This document shows, piece after piece, positions 11,231 through 25,204 of a DNA stretch of 64,000 nucleotides; positions within the stretch are counted from its first letter, which is position 1, and the number at the start of each line of letters is the position of its first letter. Source of the stretch: Eledone cirrhosa. Taxonomy: Eukaryota. Location of the stretch: the NCBI GenBank assembly GCA_964016885.1, contig OZ024741.1:155062001-155126000 (forward strand), read 5' to 3'. A model generated the notes under the pieces. That model saw nothing but the letters and a program-made list of their open reading frames with translations, searched no databases and was not told where the DNA came from. The position numbers and the translations under genes were made by a program.

Positions 11231-12199
11231 CTACATCATTGTCTATGGAGTGTCAGAGGTATATCACTGAAAACAAAAGCTGCAGTTTATCATGCAGTGG
11301 TACTGACAGCACTCTTATACAGCTTGGTGTCATGGACCCTTTATTGCACCCACATTTATTAGCTTGATGTCTTCCACAAATATTGTCTTTGCTCTTTATC
11401 TGTGGTTATGCAGTTTCTGACAGAATCTCCAATGCCGATCTCTTCACAAGGTGCAGCATCAGTGGGATTGAGTCATTTCTGATACAATCCTCACTCAGAT
11501 AAGCTGGTCATGTCCTATGGATGACTGTTATACAGTCAACTTTATAATGGTGCATATAATGTAGACAAACTATTACTCAGTTATAAAATAAAGACAAACT
11601 GAAGTACTATCTTAAATCTGTGAACATACCTCTTACTTTTTTTGAAACCAATCCTAGCTCGGGTATGGGCAACCTTTTTCGAGCAGTGGGCGACATAGGA
11701 TGTGGCTCCTCATAAGGTAGGCTGCACTACTAAAATCTTCAAGGCAATTTTGAGATTAGACATGCTATTCAGAAAGCCAAACAGGCTGCTGCAGCTCATG
11801 GGCCACAGTTTGGCCATGACTGCCTTAACTGATAACCATGGAAAATGGAGAACTGTTGGCCATGAAGACATAAAGAACTTTGAAAAATCTTGTTTGGTTC
11901 ATCTTCATGATCTAAGATTTAACATTAAGAACCAATCAAACATTTCATCCTGCCCCGCTCAAAATCCTGTCATCCACACTAAATGTGACTTGATGTGCAA
12001 ATCAGCTGCTGGATTGAAGTGCTATTTAGGGCACAACCATAAAAAAATGATCTGAGAGGCAGTTGTATCTTCAAACATCAAAATATAATGGCAGAATCCA
12101 TCATATATATATATATGTGTATCATCATCTTCGTTTAACGTCCATTTTCCACACTAGCATGTATGTGTGTGTATATATCTATCTATCTATCTATCCCCC

Positions 12200-12276
<77 letters not shown>

Positions 12277-12597
12277 ATAATTTCAATGGAATACATTTTT
12301 TAACACAATATTTTACTTTCTTCTTGCTTTTTTCCTTCCTGTTTCTTTTTCTCTCTTTACCTCCTTTTTCACAAGACTATGTTTCTATAAATATCCCAAC
12401 TCCATGGACAGTTCTTTGGCTTGTGTCAGACACCCGGCTGGACCAGCAGTATCATTTATAGGAGTTAAACTGCCTGAAAGTTCATCTCGACAGATGAAGA
12501 CCTTGGAGTGTTGCACCTTTTGTTTGTCTTTTTATATTCAAAATTTTTTTTCATTTTGCATTGTTTTCATTGATTGTCCACTCTTTGTTTATTTTCC

Positions 12598-12631
<34 letters not shown>

Positions 12632-13799
12632 CTATGCTTTCATTTGAGTTAGTATCTTAAGGATACTAGCTTAATTAAAACATCGAGTGGGAAAACAACA
12701 GATCTATGGTTCTGTTCGATGACTTCTTCTCTGTATCATTATTATTATTATTATTATTATTATATACATATAATGTGTGGTTAAAGACAGAACTGTTTTA
12801 ACTTATAATTATATACTGTATTTACTCACATATAATACAAGAAACGTTAAACTAAAATTAATAGCAAAATGTGATGGGTGGGGGATTATACATTTGTTTG
12901 AACATTTCAAGGTAGCTGCTCCTCCTCGTATACATTTTTTCCTTCAACAGTTTCTCATAATGGCACATCTATGCCTCTTTCATTTTAGTGTCCATTAGTG
13001 CAATCTTGCCAGTGTCATTCTATATACACTTTTAACCAACAATATCATGATTTTCTCTAGTACATTGCCTTGCAATTCAGAATACCTCAAACTTTGATCA
13101 GCAATGTTTGATATTTTGGAATCAACATGATTGAACAGTTTTTTGTCTCAAAGACAGGAAATTATTGAAATAACCCATAAAAGGACTATATAAGATCTAT
13201 TGGTATGTTATTGTTACTAGAGAAACTGAATATTCTAATGAAATATTTGTGTAAGATTAAGATTTTGATAGACAACATGATACAAGTTTCCAAAAGCATT
13301 TACATAGACATGGTTGTACTCTGAGCAGGGCCTCCAAGACAAATTTTGCAAAGTGGTACAAGACCCCTTTGGTGCCCGAAGCAGGCAAAGAATTTTCTCA
13401 AATAGATGTTGCATGGTTGCTGTGGGTCTTCTTAGCTCTTAGGCCCAGAAACAAAGTACTGGCTGGACCCCCCCCCCCCCCCCCTCTCATAGGCTCTGAC
13501 ACTGGGGTCATATTATATACACAGATATAATTTATTCCCGATTTTTTAGCTTTAGAAACAGGGTTGTATTATACACAAAGAAATACAGTAGATTTTTATC
13601 ATATATTAGAAGTCATTTGCAGCTTGTCTGGAACAATAGTAATGCTAGTAAAGAAAAAAGAACTGCATAAAATTCCATAAAGCAGTACATCTACCTACAA
13701 TAAAAAAAAAAACATTAAAAATAACCCATCAACACTCCACAACCTGATAATGAAACTGTGAAAGTCTAGAAACATTGGGAAACTTACTTGATAAAGATT

Positions 13800-14120
13800 T
13801 AGGAACTTACTTGATAAAGTGCGTAGCTCGGAGATCAGAGAGTCTCCGAATTGAGAGATCACAGCTCTGATACTATGGGCATGTGGTTAGAATATCTCAG
13901 AAAAGAATTGTTGGACAAATTTTACAGGCAAAATCAACTGGCAAGAGACCCAGGTGTAGACCCCGAACCAGATGGTTGGATAACATCCATGAGATCGGCT
14001 GGTCTTGCTTAGGAATCCAGCCAGATCAGTTGTTTCTGACAGGACGCACTAGAAGGAGTGTTTGAGGACTCTGCTCCCATGACCCCCTCAGGAATAATTG
14101 GGCAAAGAAGAAGAAGGAAC
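13800..14120 (+). mobile_element. 3' fragment of a second RTE-like LINE family
   Basis: Encodes YGHVVRI..GKRPRCRPRTRWLD; (gaa)n tail; related inverted copy at ~27040-27420. Confidence 0.6.
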
Positions 14121-14231
14121 TTGGTCATTCCAAATGAGCAGCAAAGGACTTATGAAACAGCACGAGAAAGTTAATAAAACTCGAACATTGTCATGATTTT
14201 AGAAGCACACAGACACATACATATATATATA

Positions 14232-14520
14232 TAGGGACTGGGGGACCCTATCATTCCATTGCAAAGTGGTCGTGGCGGTAGCATGGCAAAAAAGCACCCA
14301 CCCCACACTGTAAAAGTGGACGTGTAGGCGCCACGGAAAAAAGCACCCAGCACTCACTGTAAATGAGGTTGGTGTTAGGAAGGGCATCCAGCTGTAGAAA
14401 TCAAGCCAGAATCAGTTCCCGTATGAGCAAGACAAGGTCAGCCGACCGGACACTGCCCACAACAGGACAACTCGTCTAACCCATGCTAGCATGGAAAAAC
14501 GGACGTAAAACGGTGATGAT
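14232..14520 (+). mobile_element. SINE family 2 / RTE 3'-UTR-like copy
   Basis: Matches 49940-50205 and the SINE family 2 tail. Confidence 0.75.
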
Positions 14521-15734
14521 ACACATATATATATATATAGATACACATAAATGTGTATATATACAGATACATGCACTCATATGTATAAATATTCAGATAC
14601 ATACTCACATCCACACATATGTATACACATACACATATACACACATCAAAAAAACATTATTAAGGTGACTCTCAAAATATCTTTTACAAAATTAGTTGCT
14701 TATTTCTGGCAATGAGCCTGAAGCTTTTTAAATATTTATAATAAAATCTCATATTAAAATTATTGTATCGTATTTACTGAGTTTAAATGGATGTATTATT
14801 ATCATCATCATCTTCATCATCACAATCATATCATGTCTATCAGTGTTGTCATTGCCACTTCTCTTTCTCTTTCTCTCTCTATATATAAATATATATGTGT
14901 GTGGATGTATGTATGTGATCTTTGGCTGCTGCTATCTCAGTCATCATCCTCTCTTGTATTCTATCAAGCCTTCTTATTATTTCTTTTCCTATATTGTCAA
15001 CCACCTTCACATACCATCACGGTAGTCTCCATTCTCACATATCTGACTGTGTGGTTCAGAATTCTATACATCTGAATTTCAAGATGACAAATGTGATAGT
15101 GATGATGATGATAGCATTAGTGATGATGATGATGATATAGCATTTGCCTGGGAACGGAAGGATCAGAAGCAATTAATCTATCAAAGTTATATAGAGTAGA
15201 CATTAATATTAAATTAGTCTGATTTCCTGTTGGTCATAAATTTGTCTTTATAACCCATCCCCACTTATCTCCCTTCCAAGCTAATGTATCTCTTCCAGCA
15301 TTGTGTTTCAAGTAGTGTTATTTTGCTTTTAAAAACTAGATCTATATCATATAACGTATATACTAAGGTATATGTGTATATTGTACAGTCACGCTTGTAA
15401 AAATAATTTATCTGGCCACCTACATACATAGCTATCATCCTATCTGCCTATTGTTTAAATTTCAATGAAATTTTTTTGTTGTCTTTTTTGAAAATTTGTT
15501 CCATCATTCCATTTTAGGTTTGCTGACATTTCTTTTTTATTATATGTCACCTTAATTTAACAATAGCATCGTTGGTTATAGGTTTCCAATGGGCCAGTCA
15601 CTTGTTCATCAACATTTCCAATGCCAAGAGTGATAAGGGAATGTCTTTAACATGTGCTGGAGCAAATGTCACATGATACTTTTCTTCATAAGCATAAGCT
15701 TGTTGAGTTTCTTGGTGAAAAATACACACATAGA

Positions 15735-15997
15735 CAAGGGCCTTGTTTCAGTGGGGGTACCAGGGGACAATTCCCCCCCCCCCACTTTTTCAAACGTCTA
15801 TATTTATTTTTTTGTTTATTTGATATAATAAATTCTTTTCAAGCTCATTTTTTTATATCTGAACTTTCATTTGAATATATAAAATTTTACTCATGTGATA
15901 GGGTCTGGGAAAGGCACCATAAGCAATTTATGCTCCTTTAAGAATCAACAAATGTTGGTTTGTCCCCCTCACATTTTTAAGGCAAACGAGGCCCCTG
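15735..15997. mobile_element. hAT-type MITE
   Basis: TIRs caagggccttgttt / aaacgaggcccctg; 8-bp TSD CACATAGA at 15727-15734 and 15998-16005. Confidence 0.8.
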
Positions 15998-16329
15998 CAC
16001 ATAGATATACATACGTACATATATACATTGTGTGTTTGTAGTGGTAGTGCTGAATCCACCAAAAATATGCCCAGTCCAAACTGTGATGTGCCACTGCTGA
16101 CGGTATGATAAACTGATCCCAGTACACAGAGTGGTGGTTGGTTTTAGGAATGATATTAAGCTGTAGAAACTAAAAACATAGAATATGAGCAAGACGTTGT
16201 CAGTTGAACACTCTAGCCTCAATATACAACAACTCATTTAACCCATGCAAGTATGGAAAATAGACAATAAACAGTGATGGTAATACATACATACTTATAT
16301 ATGTTGGACCCATAAATAAATGAATAACT

Positions 16330-17700
16330 CAAGAAAATAAAGGGAATATGGTCATCAGAATTCTCACTGTACAACAAGCACATTGCCCATACTTTTGCTG
16401 TGCCCATCTTAACGCCAACATTTGGCCAGTTGAAATGGTCATTGCAAGAACTGAACAAGACGGATGTAAGGGCTCAGAAGCTGCCCTGTGTTACTGGAAA
16501 CTTTAACATCAATGGTGATGTAGATAGGCTATATTTCACATGCAAAGGAGAGTGGCCAAGGCTTAAAATCCATATTAATATCATATAAGACCTGGATAAT
16601 AAAACTGAAGCAACATCTTAACAGAAAAAAAGGGTCAGCAGCCATCTTGCCCAGGTTTATGAACATGAAAATAATAACAATGTTAGTACCGCCATTAATC
16701 TAGAGGAGTGACATGAAATAAAAGGTGATAAAAATCTCTCTACCAGGAACATTGGAAGACTCTACACAATGACTGAACAACATATAAAATGAATCAATCA
16801 ACTGAAGAGTACATAGGTGCATAAGATGAAAACACAGGCCATAGAGGAGATAAATCATATTAAAAGCCTGACATGGAATTTGACAAGTTTATAACTTCCC
16901 ACCTTAAAAGATACCTTCATGCAATCCAGGAACAAGAAATCTCCACCAAGTACCTACTGCACAAAAGAGGAAGGTCATCAACTGACAATAAATGTAGGCT
17001 GTGCAAAACAAAGACTGAAGATGTTAGCCACATTATTGGCAACTGTGAAAGAATGTTTTCTCATTATTACCTCCCCATAGGGCGGTGGATTGGCAGTATC
17101 GGTAGAGGGTCGGACGCCATGCTTTGACGCATAGAGTTACGGCCCTTTCCATTCTGAGTTCAAATCCCGCCGAGGTCAACTTTGCCTTTCATCCTTACGG
17201 GGTCGATAAAATAAAGTACCAGTAATGTACTGGGTAATTGCTGGCCTTGTGCCACACGTAGAAACAATTATTACCTCCCCATGAGGCATGATGTGATAGC
17301 TAGAATGACCTGGAATGCATTATGGAAGATGAAAATCAAATTAAATAGGCAGGAATGTGTTGGAATACTGGTGGAACTTAAAAATAAAAACTGCTCCCAA
17401 ATTAAAGCATGCTGGCCTGATATTGTTGTTTGGGACAACACATTAAAAACATGTTCTGTTGTAGAAGTCAGCTGCCCACTTGATGTCAATGTGGGAAGAA
17501 AAATGCAAGAGAAGAACTATTGATGAGGAGTTTGCAGATCCAGGTTCAGCTTCATACGCATCATTATTGGTGCTACAGGTTATATTACAACCTGCTGGAC
17601 CAAAGTATAACTGAATTTGGATTTGTAGAGAAAGAACAAATGGCTGCGATATGTGGAACCTTCAAAATTTGTAAAACAATTTTACAGTTCAAAGGATGAA
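16330..17700 (+). mobile_element. Decayed non-LTR retrotransposon with CCHC knuckle and restriction-like endonuclease (R4/Dong-like)
   Basis: Fragments AIQEQEISTKY, CRLCK..EDVSHIIGNC, RHDVIAR and PDIVVWD..VVEVSCPLD (PD-D/ExK-type RLE); interrupted by a SINE. Confidence 0.75.
17079..17266 (+). mobile_element. SINE family 1 inserted in the RLE LINE
   Basis: 16-bp TSD attattacctccccat at 17063-17078 and 17267-17282; excision restores HYYLPMRHD. Confidence 0.9.
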
Positions 17701-18319
17701 GGCTTACACATAAGATGTTAATTTTCACCGGGAAGTTGGCTGGTCAAAAATAAACTCAAAATTAAGAGAAAGAGAGTACATACATACATGTGTGAGTGTG
17801 GGTGGGGTTGTATAAGTATATATATATCTAATTTCTTTTATTAAGGTGACAATTACTTAAAGTATGTACAACTGCATGAACAGATAATTGTGTGAGTAGG
17901 ATTGCACTGTGTGTTGAAGTGCAGAATATATCACTTATGCTAGCATGAAAACTATATATATATATATATACATAAATATATATATCTATATCATCATCAT
18001 CATTTAACATACATTTTCCTCACTTGCATGGGTTAGACGGTATATATATATATATATAAAAATATATAAACTTATGTATATATATATATATATGAAATTA
18101 ACCACATCTCCAGATGCCTATGATATTTGGCTAGTTCTAATTGGTATCAGCTAATTCTGTGCTTTTGAGCAGCATATTTTCATAGCTGTGCTGTACCATA
18201 TCAGCCCGTATTTATATATATATATATATATACATATACACACACACATATATTTAATATAGAAATGGCTTCTACAGGACTAGAACCGTTTCATTCGAAG
18301 GAAATCATATATATACACA

Positions 18320-19530
18320 CGCATATATTTTGCTTCTTGTAGGGTAACCATGTGATGCCTTAAGTTGTATTTTGCAGCCAAGTCCATTTCTGTCTGTGAA
18401 TTTTTTGTTACCAATATATTTCAGACAATTTCTAAGTTGTGTTGTCCATATCTAGATCAGTTTGTGATTTTATTACCAAATATTTGACAATATCAATGTT
18501 TGCTGTCTATATCTCCACAGATCTGCCTGTATATTTGAGTTCTTTATCTTCAACCTTTTAGTATTTACTATATTTACTATTGTATTTTCACGGTAAACAC
18601 TTTATATCACATGATATCAAAGCTATGTAATTTTGATGTTATTTAGTTTGAGAACAATACCTAAACATCGGTATGAGTGGCAATTTAGTCAGTTTGAACA
18701 GAAAGGGATGAGAGAATTCTGGCTGGATACAGCTGGTTTAAATGCTAAAGGGTTAATAAATATCTTTAATACAGAGGTTCATAGATCTTTGCGTCTGTGA
18801 ACCTTTCTCTTACCAATATATTTAACACAATACCTGATCCATAGGTTTACATATGTCTATAACTGTATGTCCTTTATTATTAAAATATTTGACAATACCA
18901 ATGTCTGCTATCCATAGGTACACAGATATGTCTGTCAGTTCTTATGTTAGCAATATATTTCCCAATTTCAGTGTTTGCTATCCAAAGAGTCAATACAAAT
19001 CATGATTTTGGGAGTTTAAGATGCCTCTTTATTAAGAATGTGTAGAGAAAAAAGTCAACATAGATACTTATACATGGCTTTTGTATATTATATTCATACC
19101 TTTGATGCATAAGACAGGCAGATTTTGATACCAAATTTATTTGTAAAAAAGTGCTTCTAGACTGTAAAATCCAATAGGTTCATAGATTTCTGTCAGTGTC
19201 TGAGAGTCCTGTTATTGATATATATTTCACAATTCCAATGTTGGCTGTCTATACCCTCAATATGTGTTACTAATATTTTTGGGAGGATTCAAATATCAGC
19301 TGCCTATCTCTTTGATACTTAGATTCACAGTTGTCTGTTACAAATATATTAGACATCAATATTTGCTATCTATATCTTCAAAGGATATATTGACACATCT
19401 GGTACTAATATATTTGGCTCAGTTTCAATGTTAGCTGATCCGGAGATTCACAGTTCTGTCTCTATCTGTATGTCCTTTCTTGACTTTCCATATCTCCGCA
19501 GGTCAATGTTATTAATAATATCAATATTCT
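18320..19530. repeat. Old degenerate tandem repeat (~70-80-bp unit)
   Basis: Recurring accaatatatttgacaat..aatgtttgctgtctata..cagat motif; interrupted by a MITE at ~18554-18752. Confidence 0.55.
18554..18752. mobile_element. piggyBac-like TTAA MITE
   Basis: Ends ...aatgctaaagggTTAA; homologous to 30527-30735. Confidence 0.7.
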
Positions 19531-19813
19531 CCATGTTTCTATTGCTTTTTTCCAGGGTCACCTCCACCCCACCCCAAACTGGAGATAGTGGGTGACATAG
19601 GAGGGGTATGTTTAATACACTGCAGTCCAATAGCAAATACAAATATTTCTCTTATTTATTAATTCTGCTGGAATATATATATAACATAGCATTTTGTCAA
19701 TCATGTTGGTATTTTCATGCTTAAAGATATACATTTTGTTTTTGTTATTTATCATATATATATATAATAATAATAATAAACAAAATACAGTTATATATAT
19801 ATATACATACATA

Positions 19814-20857
19814 CAGGGTGCATCAACTATTTGAAAAAAAAAATGTAATTTAAGGAAAACAAGTATTTATGAAAAACACCAATATGCTATTATAGAATTT
19901 GATAACCAAATTATCACATACACAGAGCTAAAGGCCATTCAATAAAACGCCATCAGCCTCAATGTGGCTTCTGAAACAAGTACATGTGTTTATCAGGTGA
20001 TCTTTATTCATGTTGGCCATAATGTCTCCGGTAGCGAACATCAAGTCTTAGTATTGTGGGTCTTCTTCACAATGGCATCCCAGAGGGTTTAAATCAGAAG
20101 AACCAGGTCAAATATAACAGGATCATGAACATTTTCGGCCATCAATTCCTGTGTGAAAGAGAGCAGAATTGTGCTAGGATAAGTAAGAACTTCCTTGAGC
20201 AACTCTCTCTCGATCCAGAGCTTGACAACTGTCTCCAATATATCAATGTAAGTTGCTGTACTGATCCTAAGACTTTGGCCCTCAATCTTCATGATCCCAA
20301 AGATCATCGCAGACAATGGAAACTTGCAGTGCATAACAGTGGGGATAGTGTAGAGCCATCTGTCATACTTCCTGTTTACCTTTTGATCTTGGACAAAGTC
20401 TTTCTCATCTGAGAAGAACCTGAGTATGTCAAACTCCTGAAGTTTGTTCAGCAAGTGCTTCACCTAGATCACATGGTTCTTATTGGATATAAACTGCCTT
20501 TTTTTCTTAACATAGGATTTGTACCTGATGTCTTTGGGCATTATGTCTGATGGTTGAATCCAAAACTTTGAGATGATTGACAATGGCGCTTATTGATTTT
20601 CTGGAATTTTAACTGTTGATGCCTGACAAACTGACTTGTCAAAAATGTATTTTTCTTTTTGCTATGGAGGAAACATTTCCATCCAATGGCCAGCTCTTTT
20701 AAACACAAAGGACCTGGTGAGATTTCAGAAGGATGCTATCTCACAATCTTTTCCTTGTCTGTGTCAGCTTCAAAGCTTCCGTGTTGGGAATGAAAAACAG
20801 AGAGGATATTTAGTTAGTTTCCTAAAAAATTTGCTCTCAAATAACTGACTCACCCTG
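19814..20857 (-). mobile_element. Decayed Tc1/mariner-superfamily transposon (DD37D/maT-like)
   Basis: TA-flanked 21-bp TIRs CAGGGTGcaTCAacTATTTGA / TCAAATAacTGActCACCCTG. Minus-strand remnants FSDEKDFVQDQKVNRKYDRW and a DLNPL motif. Confidence 0.8.
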
Positions 20858-21517
20858 TATATGTAAGCACATATAAGGCAGCGAATTGATAAAGTTGTGA
20901 GATTGTTGAATTAAAAATGCCTTCTTGGCATTTGTTCCAGCTCACTTTGCTCTGTGTTCAAATCCCATCAAGGTCAACTTTGTCTTTCATCCTTTCGCAA
21001 TTGGTAAAATACCAATGAAGTATGGGGTTGATTCTCTAGAAGAATTTGGCTGTTCAGCAGGTTTGAAAAAGCCCTTTATGACTCCAAGGATTAAAGGCTT
21101 TATATATATATATATATATATATACATATCATCTGATGGTCCTGTGAGTGTGCAGGTGAAACTCCAGAGTAACAAGGTTCATTGCTTAGCCATAATAAAT
21201 AGATATTTAAACATTACTTTGGTATTGGATACTTTTTCCCACATCTGTCAACAACACATGGATATATATATATACATCGTCATTTGTCCATGTGTGTGTG
21301 TGTATATATATATATACATCGTCATTTGTCCATGTCTGTGTGTGTGTATATATATACACACACACAGCTGGATGAAGAGAGGGCTTTACCAGCACTTGAT
21401 TGTTACTCTATTTGTTGATTGTAAAAAGATAAACAGCAAAGTTGACCTTGGCTGGATTTGAACTCAGAATGCAAAGTGAAATAAATACTGCATGAGAGTA
21501 TTTTACAATCATAATTG

Positions 21518-22111
21518 GTGGTGGTGTTAAACTGGGTGAAGGATTAAGTCTACCAACTAAGGGAAAAGTGGTGGTGTTAAACTGGGTGAAGGATTAAGTC
21601 TACCAACTAAGGGAAAAGTGGTGGTGTTAAACTGGGTGAAGGATTAAGTCTACCAACTAAGGGAAAAGTGGTGGTGTTAAACTGGGTGAAGGATTAAGTC
21701 TACCAACTAAGGGAAAAGTGGTGGTGTTAAACTGGGTGAAGGATTAAGTCTACCAACTAAGGGAAAAGTGGTGGTGTTAAACTGGGTGAAGGATTAAGTC
21801 TACCAACTAAGGGAAAAGTGGTGGTGTTAAACTGGGTGAAGGATTAAGTCTACCAACTAAGGGAAAAGTGGTGGTGTTAAACTGGGTGAAGGATTAAGTC
21901 TACCAACTAAGGGAAAAGTGGTGGTGTTAAACTGGGTGAAGGATTAAGTCTACCAACTAAGGGAAAAGTGGTGGTGTTAAACTGGGTGAAGGATTAAGTC
22001 TACCAACTAAGGGAAAAGTGGTGGTGTTAAACTGGGTGAAGGATTAAGTCTACCAACTAAGGGAAAAGTGGTGGTGTTAAACTGGATGAGGAATTAAGTC
22101 TACCAACTAAG
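21518..22111. repeat. Near-perfect tandem array, 50-bp unit x ~12
   Basis: Unit gtggtggtgttaaactgggtgaaggattaagtctaccaactaagggaaaa; identical copies except the last; no spacers. Confidence 0.97.
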
Positions 22112-22227
22112 AAATTCTAGAGAATGTTGCTATAAGTTGCCAGACAATAAAAATATGATTAATGAAATAGAAGGGTTAATCAATTTTTTAGAAATGTAAA
22201 ATTAGAAGGCATTAAAAAATGTAATAG

Positions 22228-22262
<35 letters not shown>

Positions 22263-25204
22263 GTTTCTAATTTATACATAAGGCTAGTGATTTAAGGGAA
22301 GGAAAGTCAATTAAATAAACCTCAGTATATGACTGGTACTAATATTTATAATAAAGGTTTCTAATTAAGTCACAAAGTCAACAATTTAAGAGGATTAAAT
22401 CAATACCAGTATTTACTCTGCTGTAATTATATTTAAAATGAAAATAATTTCGTTTTTGTTTTAGATAATTAAAAAAAAGATTTTCTTGTCTTTGCATCTT
22501 GTAATATATATATATACATATATCTGCATTTTGTACACATACACACATATCTATACATATAATGTACTTTTAATTTATCATGCCTATATATATATATATA
22601 TATTTACATAATTTCTATATTTGCAAATATTTCTGTATTCCAAAGCTTGCCTTGCAGTTATCATTGTGCTTTTTGTTGTTTTAAACTTTTTTTTTTTTTC
22701 CCAGGTTATAGATTTTAATATGTTCATGTAGAGCCCAATATAACACACACACCTTAGCAACCAATTACAATGAATACCCAGAAGTTTAAAATTTGTTGCC
22801 CCATGGTCATGTCTGAAGTTATCACAGAAAAATGTTTATTTTATTTTCTTATATTATTTCAGACCTTAATTCCATTTGTTTGGAGTAGTGTGATCATAAT
22901 CTCTGTAAGCAGAACAAAATCTATACCATTGCTTATTCCTTAGTTAAAAGGTATCTATTTAAATTTATAGTTCCCAACATATATAAAAACTGTTGTATTA
23001 CAAAGACTAAATAGCTAAATAATAATTTTACTCAACTAGGATTTTTTCACACATGCTGATGCATACATTTATATGCACGAGTATGTAAATATAAACACGC
23101 AAACACAGACACACAAAAATACACTCACAGACATTCATTCACACAGGCAGTAGATGTAAAGAGAGAGTAGTGTGAGGTAGTCAAACTACACCCCTCTCTT
23201 TATGTGATGTGACAGAATCGCAGAAATTTATATATAGATTCCTTCAAATTCTCCATTAATTAATTGAAATACAAAAACAACAAATTCAAAACTAAGGTAA
23301 TGAAATGTTGCTTGGGCTCTCTCACAAAATTTATTTGTATATATGTTGAATTATTTGTGTATCAAATAAGATAAACTGGAAGTAAATTTTTTTCTTGTTT
23401 GTTTATTCTTGCAATGTATAATTTTATTGCACAATTATTATAGTTTTGATATGATGTGTTTGCAGTATGGAGACCACAGATGAGGGTAGTACTTGATCAA
23501 AGTTTAGGTAGAGTTGGTATAGCAATTGGTAAAATACCAACCGAGGGCCCATTCTAGTTTAGCTGGCCTGCAAGCATTGAACTATTCATTCCTAAGGCTA
23601 GCTGAAACAGCGATTCATCAATATTTTAATTGGATACTTTGCATGTACACTTTTGGTATTGATAGAGGGTTTGGAATAAATTGTTCTTAAATACATATAT
23701 TTTCATTGACGAGGTAACAAATGAGGATCTGGAATGGATTATATTTGTTGCTAAAAGGTTGACTGTGTAATATCTCACAGTACTTAAGTATTTGGTGGTC
23801 GGTATTGATCACAGAATATACACACACACATTTGATGGTATAAAGTGGTCATTACATGTGTGTATGTATACATAATGTTTGGTAGTCAGTAGTCACACAC
23901 ACATATATACACGCATAATATATATATATATATATACATACATTCAGCAGCATCCAAACGAATTATTAAAAAACAAACAAAGAAAAATCTATGAACAGTT
24001 TATCAATCCAACATAGAAACTCACCAAAAATAAATATATTTGTTTGTCATTTTCTACCTATCCTAGATTGTTTCTCATACTTGGAGACTGTATTTCCAAA
24101 TATATTTCGATGTACTGTATCATTGTTGAACATTAAACCTGTTGAGAATATTTACTATTATATAAACAAACCTTTGTCTTTTCTTAGTGCTCACTCTTTT
24201 ATTTTATGATGTTGCTTGGAAGTGAGACTTGAGCTTTGAATGCAAATGATCTGTGATGAATGGAAAGACAAACATGCTCAAGCAGATGTGTAGTTGTGTA
24301 CATATGAACAGCAAACTAAGAGCAAAGCTATGCATATGAGAGATTAGATGCAGTGTACAATAGAGAAGATTGCAATGGGATGTATGAAGAGGTGCAGGGT
24401 TAGGCTGCCTTCACAAAGGAGATGAAAGAAAACTTGGCCTCCATACTTATTGGATGCAGAAGGCAGAGTTGAAATGACATTTAGATTCTAGCCTGTCAAC
24501 ATGCTTCCCACTGCGAATATGGAAAGACAGTACATCAGACAAAACTCACTTTCTTCAATGCCACCTCTAAACGCTTGCTCCCCTGCCGTATACAGCTCAC
24601 TATCATCACTGCCTCACCTCCTGGACCAAGGGTACATTACATCGAGAAGTTTAGTGTCACAATAAAATGCACCCAGCACACACTAAAGTGGTTGGTGTTA
24701 AGAAGGGCATCCTCAGAGTATATATATACACACGCATTTCTTTTAAGTAAAACATAATACGCTTGAATGAATTTGTTGAGGGTTTCGAGCCCCCATCAGG
24801 ACCTAGAAAATCCACTGGTATATATGTATATTTCCTTTTTGCCAACAATCATTTTATAGAGATAGCAACCGTCACTATACCACTGTACCAACAACTTATA
24901 GAAAATATGTTATGTATATACTTCGTTTTTGTAGGACAGAACAAAGGAGACACACAAAATAACAAATTAGTGACTGAGGACGTCAAATGTGACAGTAAAT
25001 AAACAACCATCCAGTTATTAAATTAACCAACTTGAAATTTATAAACTGAAGTGAAAACCAACAGGTGCATTGTTTTCATTGGCAGCATGACCCACCCAAA
25101 GTATAACAGTATATAACACAATCATTTTGTTCTACTCATCTATTTTCAGACTGCTTTTTGGATTTGGGCTATGTTATTGTCCTTAGATGATATATTGGTA
25201 GGCA

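Noticed and set aside
12470-12520. Hammerhead-like ctgaaag-ttcatc/gatgaa hairpin
   Set aside because: Both core strands deviate and stem III cannot be formed convincingly.
21518-22111. CRISPR-like regular repeat
   Set aside because: Units are contiguous and identical with no unique spacers, there are no cas genes, and the context is eukaryotic.
22680-22910. Strong plus-strand acceptor-like tracts (poly-T + CAG)
   Set aside because: No ORF or recognisable homology follows; a lncRNA exon cannot be supported from sequence alone.
24775-24803. Minus-strand CTGATGG..GAAAC motif
   Set aside because: Stems I and III are missing; at best a heavily deleted remnant.
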